Assembly (NCBI GenBank): GCA_963765575.1
Contig: CAVXWZ010000001.1
Location: 352,001-416,000 of the forward strand
Reading direction: 5' to 3'
Origin: an uncultured cyanobacterium
Lineage (GTDB): Bacteria > Cyanobacteriota > Cyanobacteriia > PCC-6307 > Cyanobiaceae
Length of the DNA stretch: 64,000 bases
In this document: positions 30,187-40,341 of the stretch, piece by piece
How positions within the stretch are numbered: position 1 is the stretch's first letter
Layout: every line of letters starts with the position of its first letter
The notes under the pieces: model-generated
What the model was told of the DNA's origin: nothing
The model's database searches: none
Seen by the model: only the letters and a program-made list of their open reading frames with translations
Made by a program: the position numbers and the translations under genes

Positions 30187-31224
30187 GGCTGGGGTGGGGC
30201 GGCGTGGATGGGTCCATGGTGGCGCGCTCCGCGGCGAAGCCGCCCTCCAGGGGTGAGGCGCTGAGGCCCTCCACCTCCTGGAGGTAGCGGGCCAGGCCGT
30301 CGCTGTGGCCGTGGGTCACATACACCTGGCTGGCGCCGGTGTCGCGCACGCTGCGGATCAGGCCAGGCCAGTCGGCGTGGTCGCTCATCACGAAGCCGCG
30401 CTCGTAGCCGCGTCGGCGCCGGGCGCCGCGCACCGCCATCCAGCCGCTCACAAAGGCCGTCTGGGGCAGCTTGAAGCGCTTCATCCAGGCCGAGCGGTGG
30501 GCGGAGGGGGGCGCGATCACCAGCCGGCCCGCGAGCGATTCCCCCTTCGCCAGGGCGCTCAGCGGCCGGGTGGGCGGCATCGCCACACCGGCCTGGCGGT
30601 AGGCCGGCATCAGGGCCTCCACGGCGCCGTGCAGCAGCACCTCCTCCACCACGCCGATGGCGTGCAGTTCGGCCAGCAGCCGCTGGGCCTTGCCGAAGGC
30701 ATAGGCGAACAGCAGCGAGGGCCGCTCCGGTGCCGCCTGCCACCAATCGCGGATCTGGGCGGCCACTGCGGCGCCGCTCTGCCAGCGGTAGATCGGCAGC
30801 CCGAAGGTGGCTTCGGTGATGAACACATCCGCCTGCACCGGCTCGAAGGGGGCGCAGCTGGGGTCGGCGCAGCGCTTGTAGTCGCCGCTCACCAGCCAGC
30901 TCTCGCCGCCCGCCTCCAGGCGGATCTGGGCGGAGCCGAGCACGTGGCCGGCGCTGTGGAACGACACCCGCGCGTCGCCGATGCGCAGCCGCTCGCCGTA
31001 GGCCACCGGCAGCAGCTTGATCGTGGCCCCGAGGCGCTGGCGCAGGATCGGCTCGCTGGCGTCGATCGCCCAGTATTCGCCGCAGCCCGGCCGGGCGTGG
31101 TCGGCGTGGGCGTGGGTGATCAGGGCGCGGGGCACCGGCCGCCAGGGGTCAATCCAGGCCGCCGCCGCCGGGCAATAGAGCCCTTGGGGGGTGAGCTGCA
31201 GCAGGGCGCCGGGGGGCAGGGCAC
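30116..31224 (-). CDS. Ligase-associated DNA damage response exonuclease (MBL/beta-CASP)
   Basis: GLYC...WIDPWRPVPRALITHAHADH, AGHVLGSAQ, EATFGLP, SDHADW; the frame stays open upstream of the ORF call, so the start is probably disturbed by an indel. Confidence 0.88.
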
Positions 31225-31603
31225 TGGGGGGCTGGGCCGTGGATGCGGCGGTGGGTCGGTGCGCTGAGCTTTCCAGCTGGACGGGTGCCGGGATGCCGAT
31301 GTCGTTGTAGCGGCTGGCGGGAGAGAACCACTGGCTCCCCTTGCCTCAGGGGCCGCCGCCAGCAGCTGCTTCGCGGATGCAGAAGCTGAACGCTCTGTGG
31401 CTTGTGGGCCGGGAGGTCGCCCGCTAGTTCCTGCTGGTCTGGGGATACCAGCTCCATCTCAGCCAGGCATTGTTCGCCCTTGGAGCACTGCTTGGCCCTG
31501 GTCTGCTCGTCAGCGGAAGTGTCGCCCCATACAGCCCGATGTCGTGGGGTAGTCCAGCGGCTGAGGCTGGATCCCCTGCCAAGCACGCTGCCCGCCATGG
31601 TGG

Positions 31604-33880
31604 ATGGATGCTGCCCTGGGTGTGGTGACTGCAGACAACGAGCCCGGGTCCCCCAGCGTCGGCGGCGGTTGGCCGGTGATCGACGGCTGGGCCAGGGCCA
31701 CCCTCTCGCCGAAGGGCCCCCTGCTCTGGCAGACCCTGCTGCACAAGAGCGCCTGCCTCTCCTGCGCCTGGGGCACCGGCGGCCAGAACGGCGGCTTCCG
31801 CGACGAGCTGGGCGAGCCCCTGCAGCGCTGCCTCAAGAGCGTGGAGGCGATCAGCGCCGAACTGCAGCCGGCGGTGCCGGAATCGGTGTTCTCGGGCCGC
31901 AGCATCGGCGCGCTGCAACAGCTCAGCTCGCTGGAGGCCGACCGCCTCGGCCGCCTCAGCCACCCCTTGATCCTGCGCGAGGGCCGCAGCCACTACGAAC
32001 GGCTCGGCTGGGACGACGTGTTCGAGCTGGCGGAGGCCGCCTTCCGTCGCCCGCCGGAACGGGTGGCCTCCTACAGCTCCGGCCGCTCCTCCAACGAGGC
32101 CGCCTACCTGCTGCAGCTGCTGCTGCGGGCCTGGGGCTCCAACAACCTGGCCGACTGCTCCGACCTCTGCCACGCCCCCTCCACCGTGGGGCTGGCCGAG
32201 GTGTTCGGCTCGGGCACCTCGATGGTGAGCCTGGAGAGCCTGCAGCAGGCCGACTGCGTGGTGCTGGTGGGCTCCAACGCGCCGGCCAACCACCCGCGGC
32301 TGATGAACGAGCTGATCCGGCTGCGGGAGCGGGGCGGCTCGGTGCTGGTGATCAACCCGGTGCTGGAGGTGGGGCTGCTCAAGTTCGGCTCGCCCGCCTT
32401 TCCGATCAAGTCGATGCTGCGGGGGTCGGAGATCGCCTCGCTGTTCCTGCAACCGGTGCCGGGCAGCGACACGGCGGTGTTCCTGGGCATCCAGAAGGCG
32501 TTGCTGGAGGCCGGCTCGATCCAGTGGGACTTCCTCAAGGCCCACACCGAGAACTGGCAGGAAGTGCTGGAGCCGCTGCAGGCCACCTCCTGGGAGGCGA
32601 TCTGCGCCTGCTGCGGCCTCAGCCGCGAGGAGATCGAGCAGGCCGCCGCCATGATCAGCCGCGCCCGAGGCGTGGTGTTCGCCTGGGCGATGGGCATCAC
32701 CCACCACGTGAACGGCACCGCCAATGTGCAGGCGATCGCCAACACCGCCCTGCTGAGCGGCAATGCCGGCCGGCCCGGGGCGGGCACGATGCCGATCCGG
32801 GGCCACTCCAACGTGCAGGGCTTCGGCTCGATGGGGGTGTCGGTGAAGCTGCGGGCGGCGATGCAGGAGGCCCTCGAAGCCCTGCTGGGGCGCCCCCTCA
32901 GCCGGGTGCCCGGCTACGACACCCGCGCCCTGATCGAGGCCGCCGACAGCGGGGCCGTGGACACGCTGCTCTGCCTGGGGGGCAACCTCTGGGGCGCCAA
33001 TCCCGATTCGCAGCAGGCCCGCCGCGCCCTGGGCCGCATCGACACGGTGATGTATCTGGCCACCAAGCCCAACCAGGGCCATTTCCATGGCCTGGCGGCC
33101 CAGACCACCCTGCTGCTGCCGGTGTTCAACCGCTTCGAAACGCCGCACCGCACCACCACCGAGTCGGGCAACAACTTCGTGCGGCTGAACGAACCCGGCA
33201 GCACCCACCTCAAGCAGGCCGATCTGATCAGCGAGGTGGGTTTCCTGGCGGAGCTGGCCCGGCGGCTGATGGGCAGTGAGCCCGTGGACTGGGGCCGCCT
33301 GCAGGATCCCGCCTACATCCGCGAGCTGATCGCCCGCACCGTGCCGGGCTACGGCCCGATCGCCGCCATCGACTCCACCAACAGGGAATTCAGCGTGGAG
33401 GGGCGGGTGTTCGACAGACCCCACTTCCCCACCCCCTCAGGGCGGGCGCGGATGCGGCCCACGCCCCTGCCGGCGCTGTCGTTGCCGGGGCCCGATCACT
33501 TCGGGGGCCTGGCGCCGGGCGAGAACGGCCTGGTGCTGGCCTTGATCACCGCCCGCAGCTACTCCCAGCACAACACCGTGGTGTACAAACCCGGCGATGC
33601 CTACCGGGGCATGCCCCACCGCAACACCATCCTGATGAACCGGGGCGACCTGGCCAGCTCAGGCCTGGAGGCCCACCAGCGGGTGACGGTGCAGGGGGAG
33701 GCCGGCAGCCTGGAAGCCGTGGAGATCATCCCCGGCGAGATCCGCGAGGGGGCGGCGCTGATGTTCTATCCGGAGGTGAACGTGCTGATTCGCGCCCCGG
33801 TGGATCCCCGCAGCGGTACCCCGGCCTTCAAGCGGGTGCCGGTGCTGGTGCGATCAGCCGCACGCGAATTCCACCGCTGA
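31604..33880 (+). CDS. FdhF/YdeP family molybdopterin oxidoreductase
   Basis: CLSCAW, YSSGRSSNEAAY, NNLADCSDLCH, RGHSNVQG. Confidence 0.88.
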   Translation: MDAALGVVTADNEPGSPSVGGGWPVIDGWARATLSPKGPLLWQTLLHKSACLSCAWGTGGQNGGFRDELGEPLQRCLKSVEAISAELQPAVPESVFSGRSIGALQQLSSLEADRLGRLSHPLILREGRSHYERLGWDDVFELAEAAFRRPPERVASYSSGRSSNEAAYLLQLLLRAWGSNNLADCSDLCHAPSTVGLAEVFGSGTSMVSLESLQQADCVVLVGSNAPANHPRLMNELIRLRERGGSVLVINPVLEVGLLKFGSPAFPIKSMLRGSEIASLFLQPVPGSDTAVFLGIQKALLEAGSIQWDFLKAHTENWQEVLEPLQATSWEAICACCGLSREEIEQAAAMISRARGVVFAWAMGITHHVNGTANVQAIANTALLSGNAGRPGAGTMPIRGHSNVQGFGSMGVSVKLRAAMQEALEALLGRPLSRVPGYDTRALIEAADSGAVDTLLCLGGNLWGANPDSQQARRALGRIDTVMYLATKPNQGHFHGLAAQTTLLLPVFNRFETPHRTTTESGNNFVRLNEPGSTHLKQADLISEVGFLAELARRLMGSEPVDWGRLQDPAYIRELIARTVPGYGPIAAIDSTNREFSVEGRVFDRPHFPTPSGRARMRPTPLPALSLPGPDHFGGLAPGENGLVLALITARSYSQHNTVVYKPGDAYRGMPHRNTILMNRGDLASSGLEAHQRVTVQGEAGSLEAVEIIPGEIREGAALMFYPEVNVLIRAPVDPRSGTPAFKRVPVLVRSAAREFHR

Positions 33881-33884
33881 ACCG

Positions 33885-34226
33885 ATGCTCCAGGCGGTCA
33901 CGCGGGTGAAGATCTGCGGCATCCGCGGCTTGGGCGATGCTCTGCTGGCCGCCGATGGCGGAGCCGATGCGGTGGGTGTGCTGCTGGGCCAGAAGCACCC
34001 CAGCCCTGATTTCATCGCGGCGGATCAAGCCCAGAGCGACCTGGAGGATTCTGGCGAGTTGATCCGACTGGTCGAGCAGACCGCAGCCCGGGTCGTTCAG
34101 TTGCATGGCGCCGTGACGCCGGAGGGGTTGCGGGAATTGCACCGTCGCCTGCCTGGGCTCACGCTGCGCGAGGCGATTCAGGTACTGACAGCAGAACTGC
34201 GCACCCAGCCCAGCACAAACGTCTGA
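33885..34226 (+). pseudogene. Truncated phosphoribosylanthranilate isomerase-like fragment
   Basis: TRVKICGIR...GADAVG...VVQLHG, only 113 aa. Confidence 0.65.
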
Positions 34227-34242
34227 TCCGCAAACTTCAGCG

Positions 34243-34716
34243 TCACAGGAGGGGCTGGGGGGGCAGCGGTTTGCTCAACAGGCGACGGCCGAGGTCGCCG
34301 TAGCCCTGGCGCTGGTAGAGGGCGGCGGCGCGGGGGTTGTCGGCCTCCACCTCCAGGCGCAGCACGGCGATGCCGAGGGCATGGCAGGCGGCCTCCGCCA
34401 GGGCGAGGGCCCGGGCCCCGGCCCCTTGGGAGCGGCCCTCCGGGGCGATGAACAGTTCATCGACAAAGGCGATCCGGCCCTCCATCTCCAGGCTGAAGGA
34501 GAAGGCCAGCAGCAGATAGCCGATCGCACCTCCCTCCTGCTCAACCCACCAGAGCCGGCCCAGCGCCGGGTCGTCGAGCAGCCCCTGCAGCAGGGCCCGC
34601 TTGCGGCGTGCTTCGAAGCTGTAGCCGAAGTGGTTGTAGAACGCCTCCACCAGGGGCAGCAGCCGATCGAGATCCCCCGGCTCGACCACCCGCAGCTCGA
34701 TTTCAGGGCTGTCCAT
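34243..34716 (-). CDS. GNAT acetyltransferase
   Basis: FVDELFIAPEGRSQGAG, LEVEADNPRAAALY. Confidence 0.85.
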   Translation of the reverse strand: MDSPEIELRVVEPGDLDRLLPLVEAFYNHFGYSFEARRKRALLQGLLDDPALGRLWWVEQEGGAIGYLLLAFSFSLEMEGRIAFVDELFIAPEGRSQGAGARALALAEAACHALGIAVLRLEVEADNPRAAALYQRQGYGDLGRRLLSKPLPPQPLL

Positions 34717-34741
34717 TCAGGCGTGGGGATGGGGGCAGAAC

Positions 34742-35028
34742 CTACGGCTGCCGGGGCTTTTGGCGCAGCAGACGCAGGCCCACCACCTCGCCTTTGAATC
34801 CCTGGTCGTAACGGCTGAGGAAGGTGTCTGAGCACCAGCCCGGGGGGATGTGGGCCAGCAGTGGTTCCACATAGGGATGCAGCTGGGCCGTTTCGCTGCG
34901 AAGGGTGTGGGCTGGATAGAGGCGAAGCTCGCCGCGGCATCGCCCGGCAGCTGCTCCGCCACGGCGCGGATGTCGGCGCGGGTGCGCACTTCCAGCTCGT
35001 CTGGGGAGAGGGCATAACTGGGATCCAC
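34742..35028 (-). CDS. Small hypothetical protein, probable frameshift near 34910
   Basis: MDPSYALSPDELEV... joins ...LRSETAQLHPYVEPLL... in the adjacent frame. Confidence 0.35.
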
Positions 35029-35250
35029 CGCGGCAGTCGAGCACCTTCAGGCCAGACAGATGCTGGGGCTCCAGGCCCTACATCTCCAGCAGTTCCTCGC
35101 CCGTGCGGCCAAAGGAGAGCACGCGATCGAAACGCATGGGCCGGGGCCGAGCTGGAACTCCATGCTGGACGGTAGAGGGAGGGTCTTCTGCTTGCGCTGC
35201 GAGCACATGAACAACTGAACTCGCGACCTGCTCGCCCTTCAAAATGGCTG

Positions 35251-36006
35251 ATGCTGCCGACCGTTGCGACTGTGGTGATCCGCCTGTCCCGTCTGCTCCC
35301 GCTTGCCCTGGCCCTCAGCTCCGCTGGATTGGCGGCACCGGCGCTGGCCGACAGCACCGAAGCCACCTGCATCCTCAGCCGCCACGACCACACGATCCCG
35401 GTGGAGAAGGGGGCCTGCATGTTCAGTCAGCGACAGGGCAACGTGAACGTGCGTTTCGGGGCCTGGGCCTTTTCTTTCCCCAGCGCCGAGCAGGACAGGA
35501 CCTACCAGCGCAGCAACACCACCGAAGGCATCCGCTTCAACCGGGCGGGGCAGTACACCCTGCAGGTGTTCTGGGATTCCTCCCAGGCGGCGATGGCCAA
35601 GCCGCAGGGATGGGCCACCGACAACTTCTTTCTGGGCCGCTGGCAGGGTGAGAGCACGGCGGGCCGGGCGGTGATTGATGTGCTCAGCGTGGAACCCAAT
35701 CGAATCCGCTGGGGCAACCAGGCCAACGGCCTCTGCGACAGCGACTACAGCGTGGAGAACCTCCCCTGGGGCCGCAACGGCCGTTATCCCGATCAGCTGG
35801 TGCCGCCCAGTCAGCCCACGGATCTGGTGTTCGGCGTGGCCCGGCTCACGCTCAGGCCCACAGCCTGCAGCACGGGGGATGCGGTGATCCAGCTGGCGAT
35901 GCCGCTGGATGGCTCCAGTGCGCTGGAGGTGGTGACCTATGACGCGAAAGGCCAGGTGACCGCCCAGTACGGCAGCTTCACACCACTTCCCTCCCCCAGG
36001 CCGTGA
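35251..36006 (+). CDS. Secreted hypothetical protein
   Basis: Signal peptide ending ALA-D, paired Cys, host-like codon usage. Confidence 0.7.
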   Translation: MLPTVATVVIRLSRLLPLALALSSAGLAAPALADSTEATCILSRHDHTIPVEKGACMFSQRQGNVNVRFGAWAFSFPSAEQDRTYQRSNTTEGIRFNRAGQYTLQVFWDSSQAAMAKPQGWATDNFFLGRWQGESTAGRAVIDVLSVEPNRIRWGNQANGLCDSDYSVENLPWGRNGRYPDQLVPPSQPTDLVFGVARLTLRPTACSTGDAVIQLAMPLDGSSALEVVTYDAKGQVTAQYGSFTPLPSPRP

Positions 36007-36087
36007 GGAGCAACGGCTCATCACTCCCCTTCCACGCCTCCATGGAGACCGTTGACCTGTGGACACGGAACCAGGGGAACCCCACGG

Positions 36088-36267
36088 CGGGCAGCCGTGA
36101 GCGCGGGCCCGTCGATCGCCGATTTGCTGGAGCAGACCAACCGGGAACTGGGCTGGCCAAGGTTCTGGAACGCCATGGCGTGACCCCACCGCAGCCGCCC
36201 TTGGAGAGTTTCACGAAGAAGGACTTGATTGCTCTGGTGCGGCAGTTGTTGCGGGAGAGTTGAGAGA
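36088..36267 (+). repeat. Internally deleted direct-repeat copy of 38133-38530
   Basis: GGCGGGCAGCC(G/A)TGAGCGCGGG...GACCAACCGGGAACTGG and GCCAAGGTTCT.GAACGCCATGG...CTGGTGCGGCAGTT occur at both places; about 220 bp of the middle is missing here. Confidence 0.85.
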
Positions 36268-36347
36268 GGCCGACAGGCTTGGAAACAACATGCACATCCA
36301 CAGGGATCCGGAAGTTGGTGCTGTTGTGGTTGCCCCCTTGATCCCCT

Positions 36348-37545
36348 TCACACCGCCACCGCCAGCTCCGGATAGAACGCCGCCGGGATCGGCTGCTGCA
36401 GCCGCCAGCGAATCGCCATCGGCCGCTCGCCTTCGTGGCTCAGGTAGTCGGCAAAACCAAGGCAGTGGAACGGCATGCGTGACGCCGCCCCTTTTGTTTT
36501 CCTCGCGCACAAACAGCAGCACCTGGCTGCCCCGCTCGCGGTGGTGGATGTAGCGCTGCCCGGTGGCGGAGGCTTCCCTGGTGAGGCTCTGGCTCTCCCA
36601 GTGGAACTCCCATGGGGAGATGGCGTAGTCGTTGTAGCGGGTGGTGGGGGAGAACAGGCGCTCGGATTTCTTGAGGGTGATGAAGAAGACGTCGCACTGG
36701 GTGGCTTCATCAAAGAACACCCCCTCGCGGCCAGGGAAGGGGCGGGCCTCGTTCAACAACCCAAAGGCGGCGAACACCTCGGCGCGGGAGTAGCGGCCGT
36801 GGAGGTCAAGGGGATGGGGGGCGGTTCGGCGCGGCCAGGAACGGCCAGTCGAGCGGCGCCACCAGGTGGTCGGTGCGCTCTAGCAGCAGCTCGAACAGCT
36901 CCACCAGCTCGGCGCGGAGGTCGGCGGCGGCCCAGAGCCGGGCGAGGGCCTCGGCCAGGGGCACGTGGTGCCGGCCGCTGCCCCACAGCTGGGCCATCAG
37001 CATGCGCCAGCTGCGCTCGGTGGCAGGATCGAAACCCGCCGGATCAGGCGCCATGGGCTGCTGCAGCTGATCCGCCAGCCAGCACAAGCGCTCGGGGTCA
37101 TCCAGATGCAGCAGTCCGCCGGAGATGCCCCGCCCCAGCCGCTGCTCATCGGCGCTGGGCTCGCCCGAGGCCGCCCCCGGCCAACCACCCCAGCTCCCGC
37201 TGCAGCAACGCCCACGACCCCGCCACCCGGTAAAACTCCCCCAGCTCCATCCCCAGCCCCTCCAACACCCCCGCCAGCGAACAGCGCCCGAGGCTGCGGC
37301 ATTCGGCTACCAGCTGGGGCCGCCGGCTGGGCAGCGACTCGCGCAGGTTCGGCCAGCACCCGCTCGCTCGACACGCGATCGAGCTGCAGGCTGCAGCCGG
37401 CCGGCAGGAAGGGAAAGCCGGTTTCGATCTGCTGGCGCAGCTGGTCGCGCGTGCCGCCGAACAGGGCGCGGTAGCGGAGGTCGAAGCGGAAGCTGCGGTG
37501 GGCCTGGCCGATGAAATCCAGCACCGTGAGGCAGCTTTTTCTCCG
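36348..37545 (-). pseudogene. 3' remnant of a DUF3427-domain SF2 helicase, several frameshifts, 5' part missing
   Basis: KSCLTVLDFIGQAHRSFRFD, FPFLPAGC, REGV...SPTTRYNDYAIS..FHWESQS, SHEGERPMAIRWRL. Confidence 0.8.
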
Positions 37546-37684
37546 GGCAGAGACGCAGCCCGCGGCCACACGTTCCAATCCCCTGGGCTTCTGCAGCAAG
37601 GGTGGAGTAGCTGTTTCACCCTGGGTAGAAATCAAGGCGAAATCGCCCAGAATCCGCAATCCTGTAGCCAGCTGTCCGTTTCCG

Positions 37685-38147
37685 ATGCCTCTCCGTTCGG
37701 CCACCGAATTCCCGATCACGCCAGATCCAGAGGCTCTGGAGAGCACCTACCAGGACTGCCGCGCGGCCCTGGTCTCGGCCAACCGCTCCCGGGGGATCCT
37801 CAAGGCCCAGAGCGACCGACGTGGGGTGGTCATCACCGAGCTGCAGCGGGAATTAGTTGAGCTGGAGGCGGATCTGGCCGATGAGGCCCGGGCCAAGGCG
37901 CGGCTCCATGCCCTCAACGCCAAGCTCGGCAGCGTGATCCGCGAACTGGAGGAAACGGGCGATGCGATGGTTGGTCTGATCGACGAGAGCGAGCGGCAAA
38001 GCGGCTTCTGGCTCGTGGAGATGTTCCGCCGCTTGATTGAGCAGGCGACGCGCTGGCGCACGGTGAAAGCAAAGGCTGCTGCGTTGGCCGCCGAAGCAGC
38101 CGAGGAGAGCTCAGATCTCCTCGAACCAGCTCGGCGGGCAGCCATGA
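37685..38147 (+). CDS. Coiled-coil hypothetical protein, 3' end frameshift-affected
   Basis: MPLRSATEFPITPD...ELQRELVELEADLADEARAKARL..., heptad-rich. Confidence 0.6.
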
Positions 38148-38528
38148 GCGCGGGTCCCGTCGATCGCCGATCTGCTGGAGCAGACCAACCGGGAACTGGC
38201 GGGCACCGATGCCCGGGTGTACCGCCGGATGGCAGACCATCTGCAGCGCTCCAATGCTGCACTCCAGACCCTCCAAGATCCCCATCCAGAAGGAACAACT
38301 CAAGCCCCCATAGCCCTGCTGGGGAAGGGGAGCTTCCTGAAGCAATCTGTGGCCAGCCTCAAACGGCTGTGCAAGGAGCATGGGATCAAGGGCTACTCCA
38401 AGCTCCAGAAGGTTGCACTTGCCAAGGTTCTTGAACGCCATGGTGTGACCCCACCGCCGCCACCGTTGGAGAGTTTCACGAAAAAAGAGTTGATTGCTCT
38501 GGTGCGGCAGTTATTGGGGGAGCGCTGA
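38144..38528 (+). CDS. Small protein with Rho-N/HeH-like helical nucleic-acid-binding motif, frameshift near the start
   Basis: SIADLLEQTNRELAG...QSVASLKRLCKEHGIKGYSKLQKVALAKVL...TKKELIALVRQLL. Confidence 0.6.
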
Positions 38529-38531
38529 GAG

Positions 38532-40341
38532 ATGGCCACGCAGCGCTACTCGGTGACCCCCCATCCGATCGACACCCTGCTGACGTGGGTGAAGAGCGGC
38601 GAGATCGCCATTCCTGAGATCCAGCGGCCTTTCGTGTGGGAGGCCACAAAGGTGCGGAATCTGCTGGATTCCCTCTACCAGGGGTTTCCGGTGGGCTACC
38701 TCATCGCCTGGCGAAACCCCACAGTGAAGCTCAAGGACGGCACCACTTCTGCGGGGAAGCGCATCCTGATCGACGGACAGCAGAGGGTGACGGCCCTGAT
38801 GGCGTCGCTCCTGGGAATGGAGGTTCTGACGAAGGACTACGCGAGTGTTCGCATCCGCATTGCCTTCAATCCATTGGCAGGCGAAGACGAGCCGAGCTTT
38901 GAGGTGAGCAATCCTGCCATCGCCAAGAATCCGCTTTGGATCGCGGATGTCTCAAAGCTCTTCCAGACAGATGCGGATCTGTTTGAGCAGACCGATGCCT
39001 ATGTTGCACGCAATCCTGAGATCGATCGGAATCGAGTTGGCAAATCGCTCCAGAGACTCCTGAAGATCGTGAACAACTCTGTTGGCTTGATCGAGCTGGC
39101 TGAGGATCTTGACATTGAGACCGTTACCGAGATTTTTATTCGCGTCAACTCGGCTGGGGCCGAGCTCTCCCAGGCCGACTTTGCCATGTCAAAGATCGCC
39201 GTTAACGAGACCTATGGCGGCAACACACTCCGCAAGGCCATCGAATACTTCTGTCACCTAGCGATCTCGCCAGACTTCTTCTCCCAGATCGAGAAGAACG
39301 ATCCGGAGTTCGCCAGATCAGAATTTCTGACCAAGATGGCTTGGCTTAAGGACGTCAATGACGATCTCTACGACCCCACCTACACCGATATGCTGCGGGT
39401 GGCCTTCACCTCTGAATTCGGGAGAGGCAAGCTGCAGGATCTCGTGGCCCTGCTTTCAGGCAGGAACTTTGCCAGTAAGCAATACGAGGAGAGCATCGCA
39501 GAAGAATCCTTTGCCAAGCTGAAGCAGGGTGTTCTGGCGTTCATGAACAAGACCCATTTCGATCGGATCACGATGATCTTGAGATCGGCGGGGTTCGTGA
39601 CCAGCGACCTGATCCGCAGCCGCAATGCCATCAACTTTGCGTATATCCTCTATCTCAGGGGCAGGCGAGATCATTTGGCGGCGGATGATATCGAGCGGCT
39701 GGTTCGGCGATGGTTTGCCATGTCGATCCTCACCGGACGCTATTCCGGCAGCCCAGAGACAGCCTTCGATCTCGATATCCGTCAGATTGATTCCCAGGGT
39801 CTGCAGGCCTATGCCGAAGCGGTGATCGAGAACGAGCTGCCCTCCACCTTCTGGTCTGGGATGCTGCCCCAGCTGATGGATACATCGTCTTCGACGAGCC
39901 CCTACTTCATCGCTTATCAGGCAGCCCAGGCGCGGCTTGGGGATCGTGGCTTTCTTTCGGCGGGTATCACGGTGCGCGATCTTCTGCTGAATCGCGGCGA
40001 CAAGCACCATGTGTTCCCACGTAAGCATCTACAGCGGGGAGGAGCATCCAGGAGTCGATACAACCAGATCGCCAACTTCGTGATGGCGCAGAGCGAGATC
40101 AACATCGCGATTGGCGACAAGGCCCCCGAGGTCTACTTCGCTGAACTGCGCGAGCAGGTGAATGGTGGCTCCAAGCGTTACGGCGGCATCACCGATACAG
40201 CGGAGCTGAGGGCCAATCTGGTGATGAATTGCGTGCCGGTGGCTCTGCTTGGACGGTGAGCCCATGGAGTACGACACCTTCTTGGTGGAGCGGCGGCGAC
40301 TGATGGCGGACAAGATCCGCCAGTGGGTTGAGGTGCTGTGA
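38532..40341 (+). CDS. GmrSD-like (DUF262 plus C-terminal HNH-like) protein, frameshift near 40250
   Basis: [29 protein letters not shown]...NQIAN; the alternative frame ends [17 protein letters not shown] overlapping the hsdR start. Confidence 0.82.

Noticed and set aside
31225..31603. Possible ncRNA in the exonuclease/FdhF intergenic region
   Set aside because: No recognisable conserved motif or strong structure by eye; needs a covariance search.
7110..33424. Many long antisense or alternate-frame ORFs (e.g. 7110-9146, 10130-12325, 14905-17232, 31424-33424)
   Set aside because: Shadow ORFs expected at about 70% GC; they overlap well-supported genes and lack motifs.
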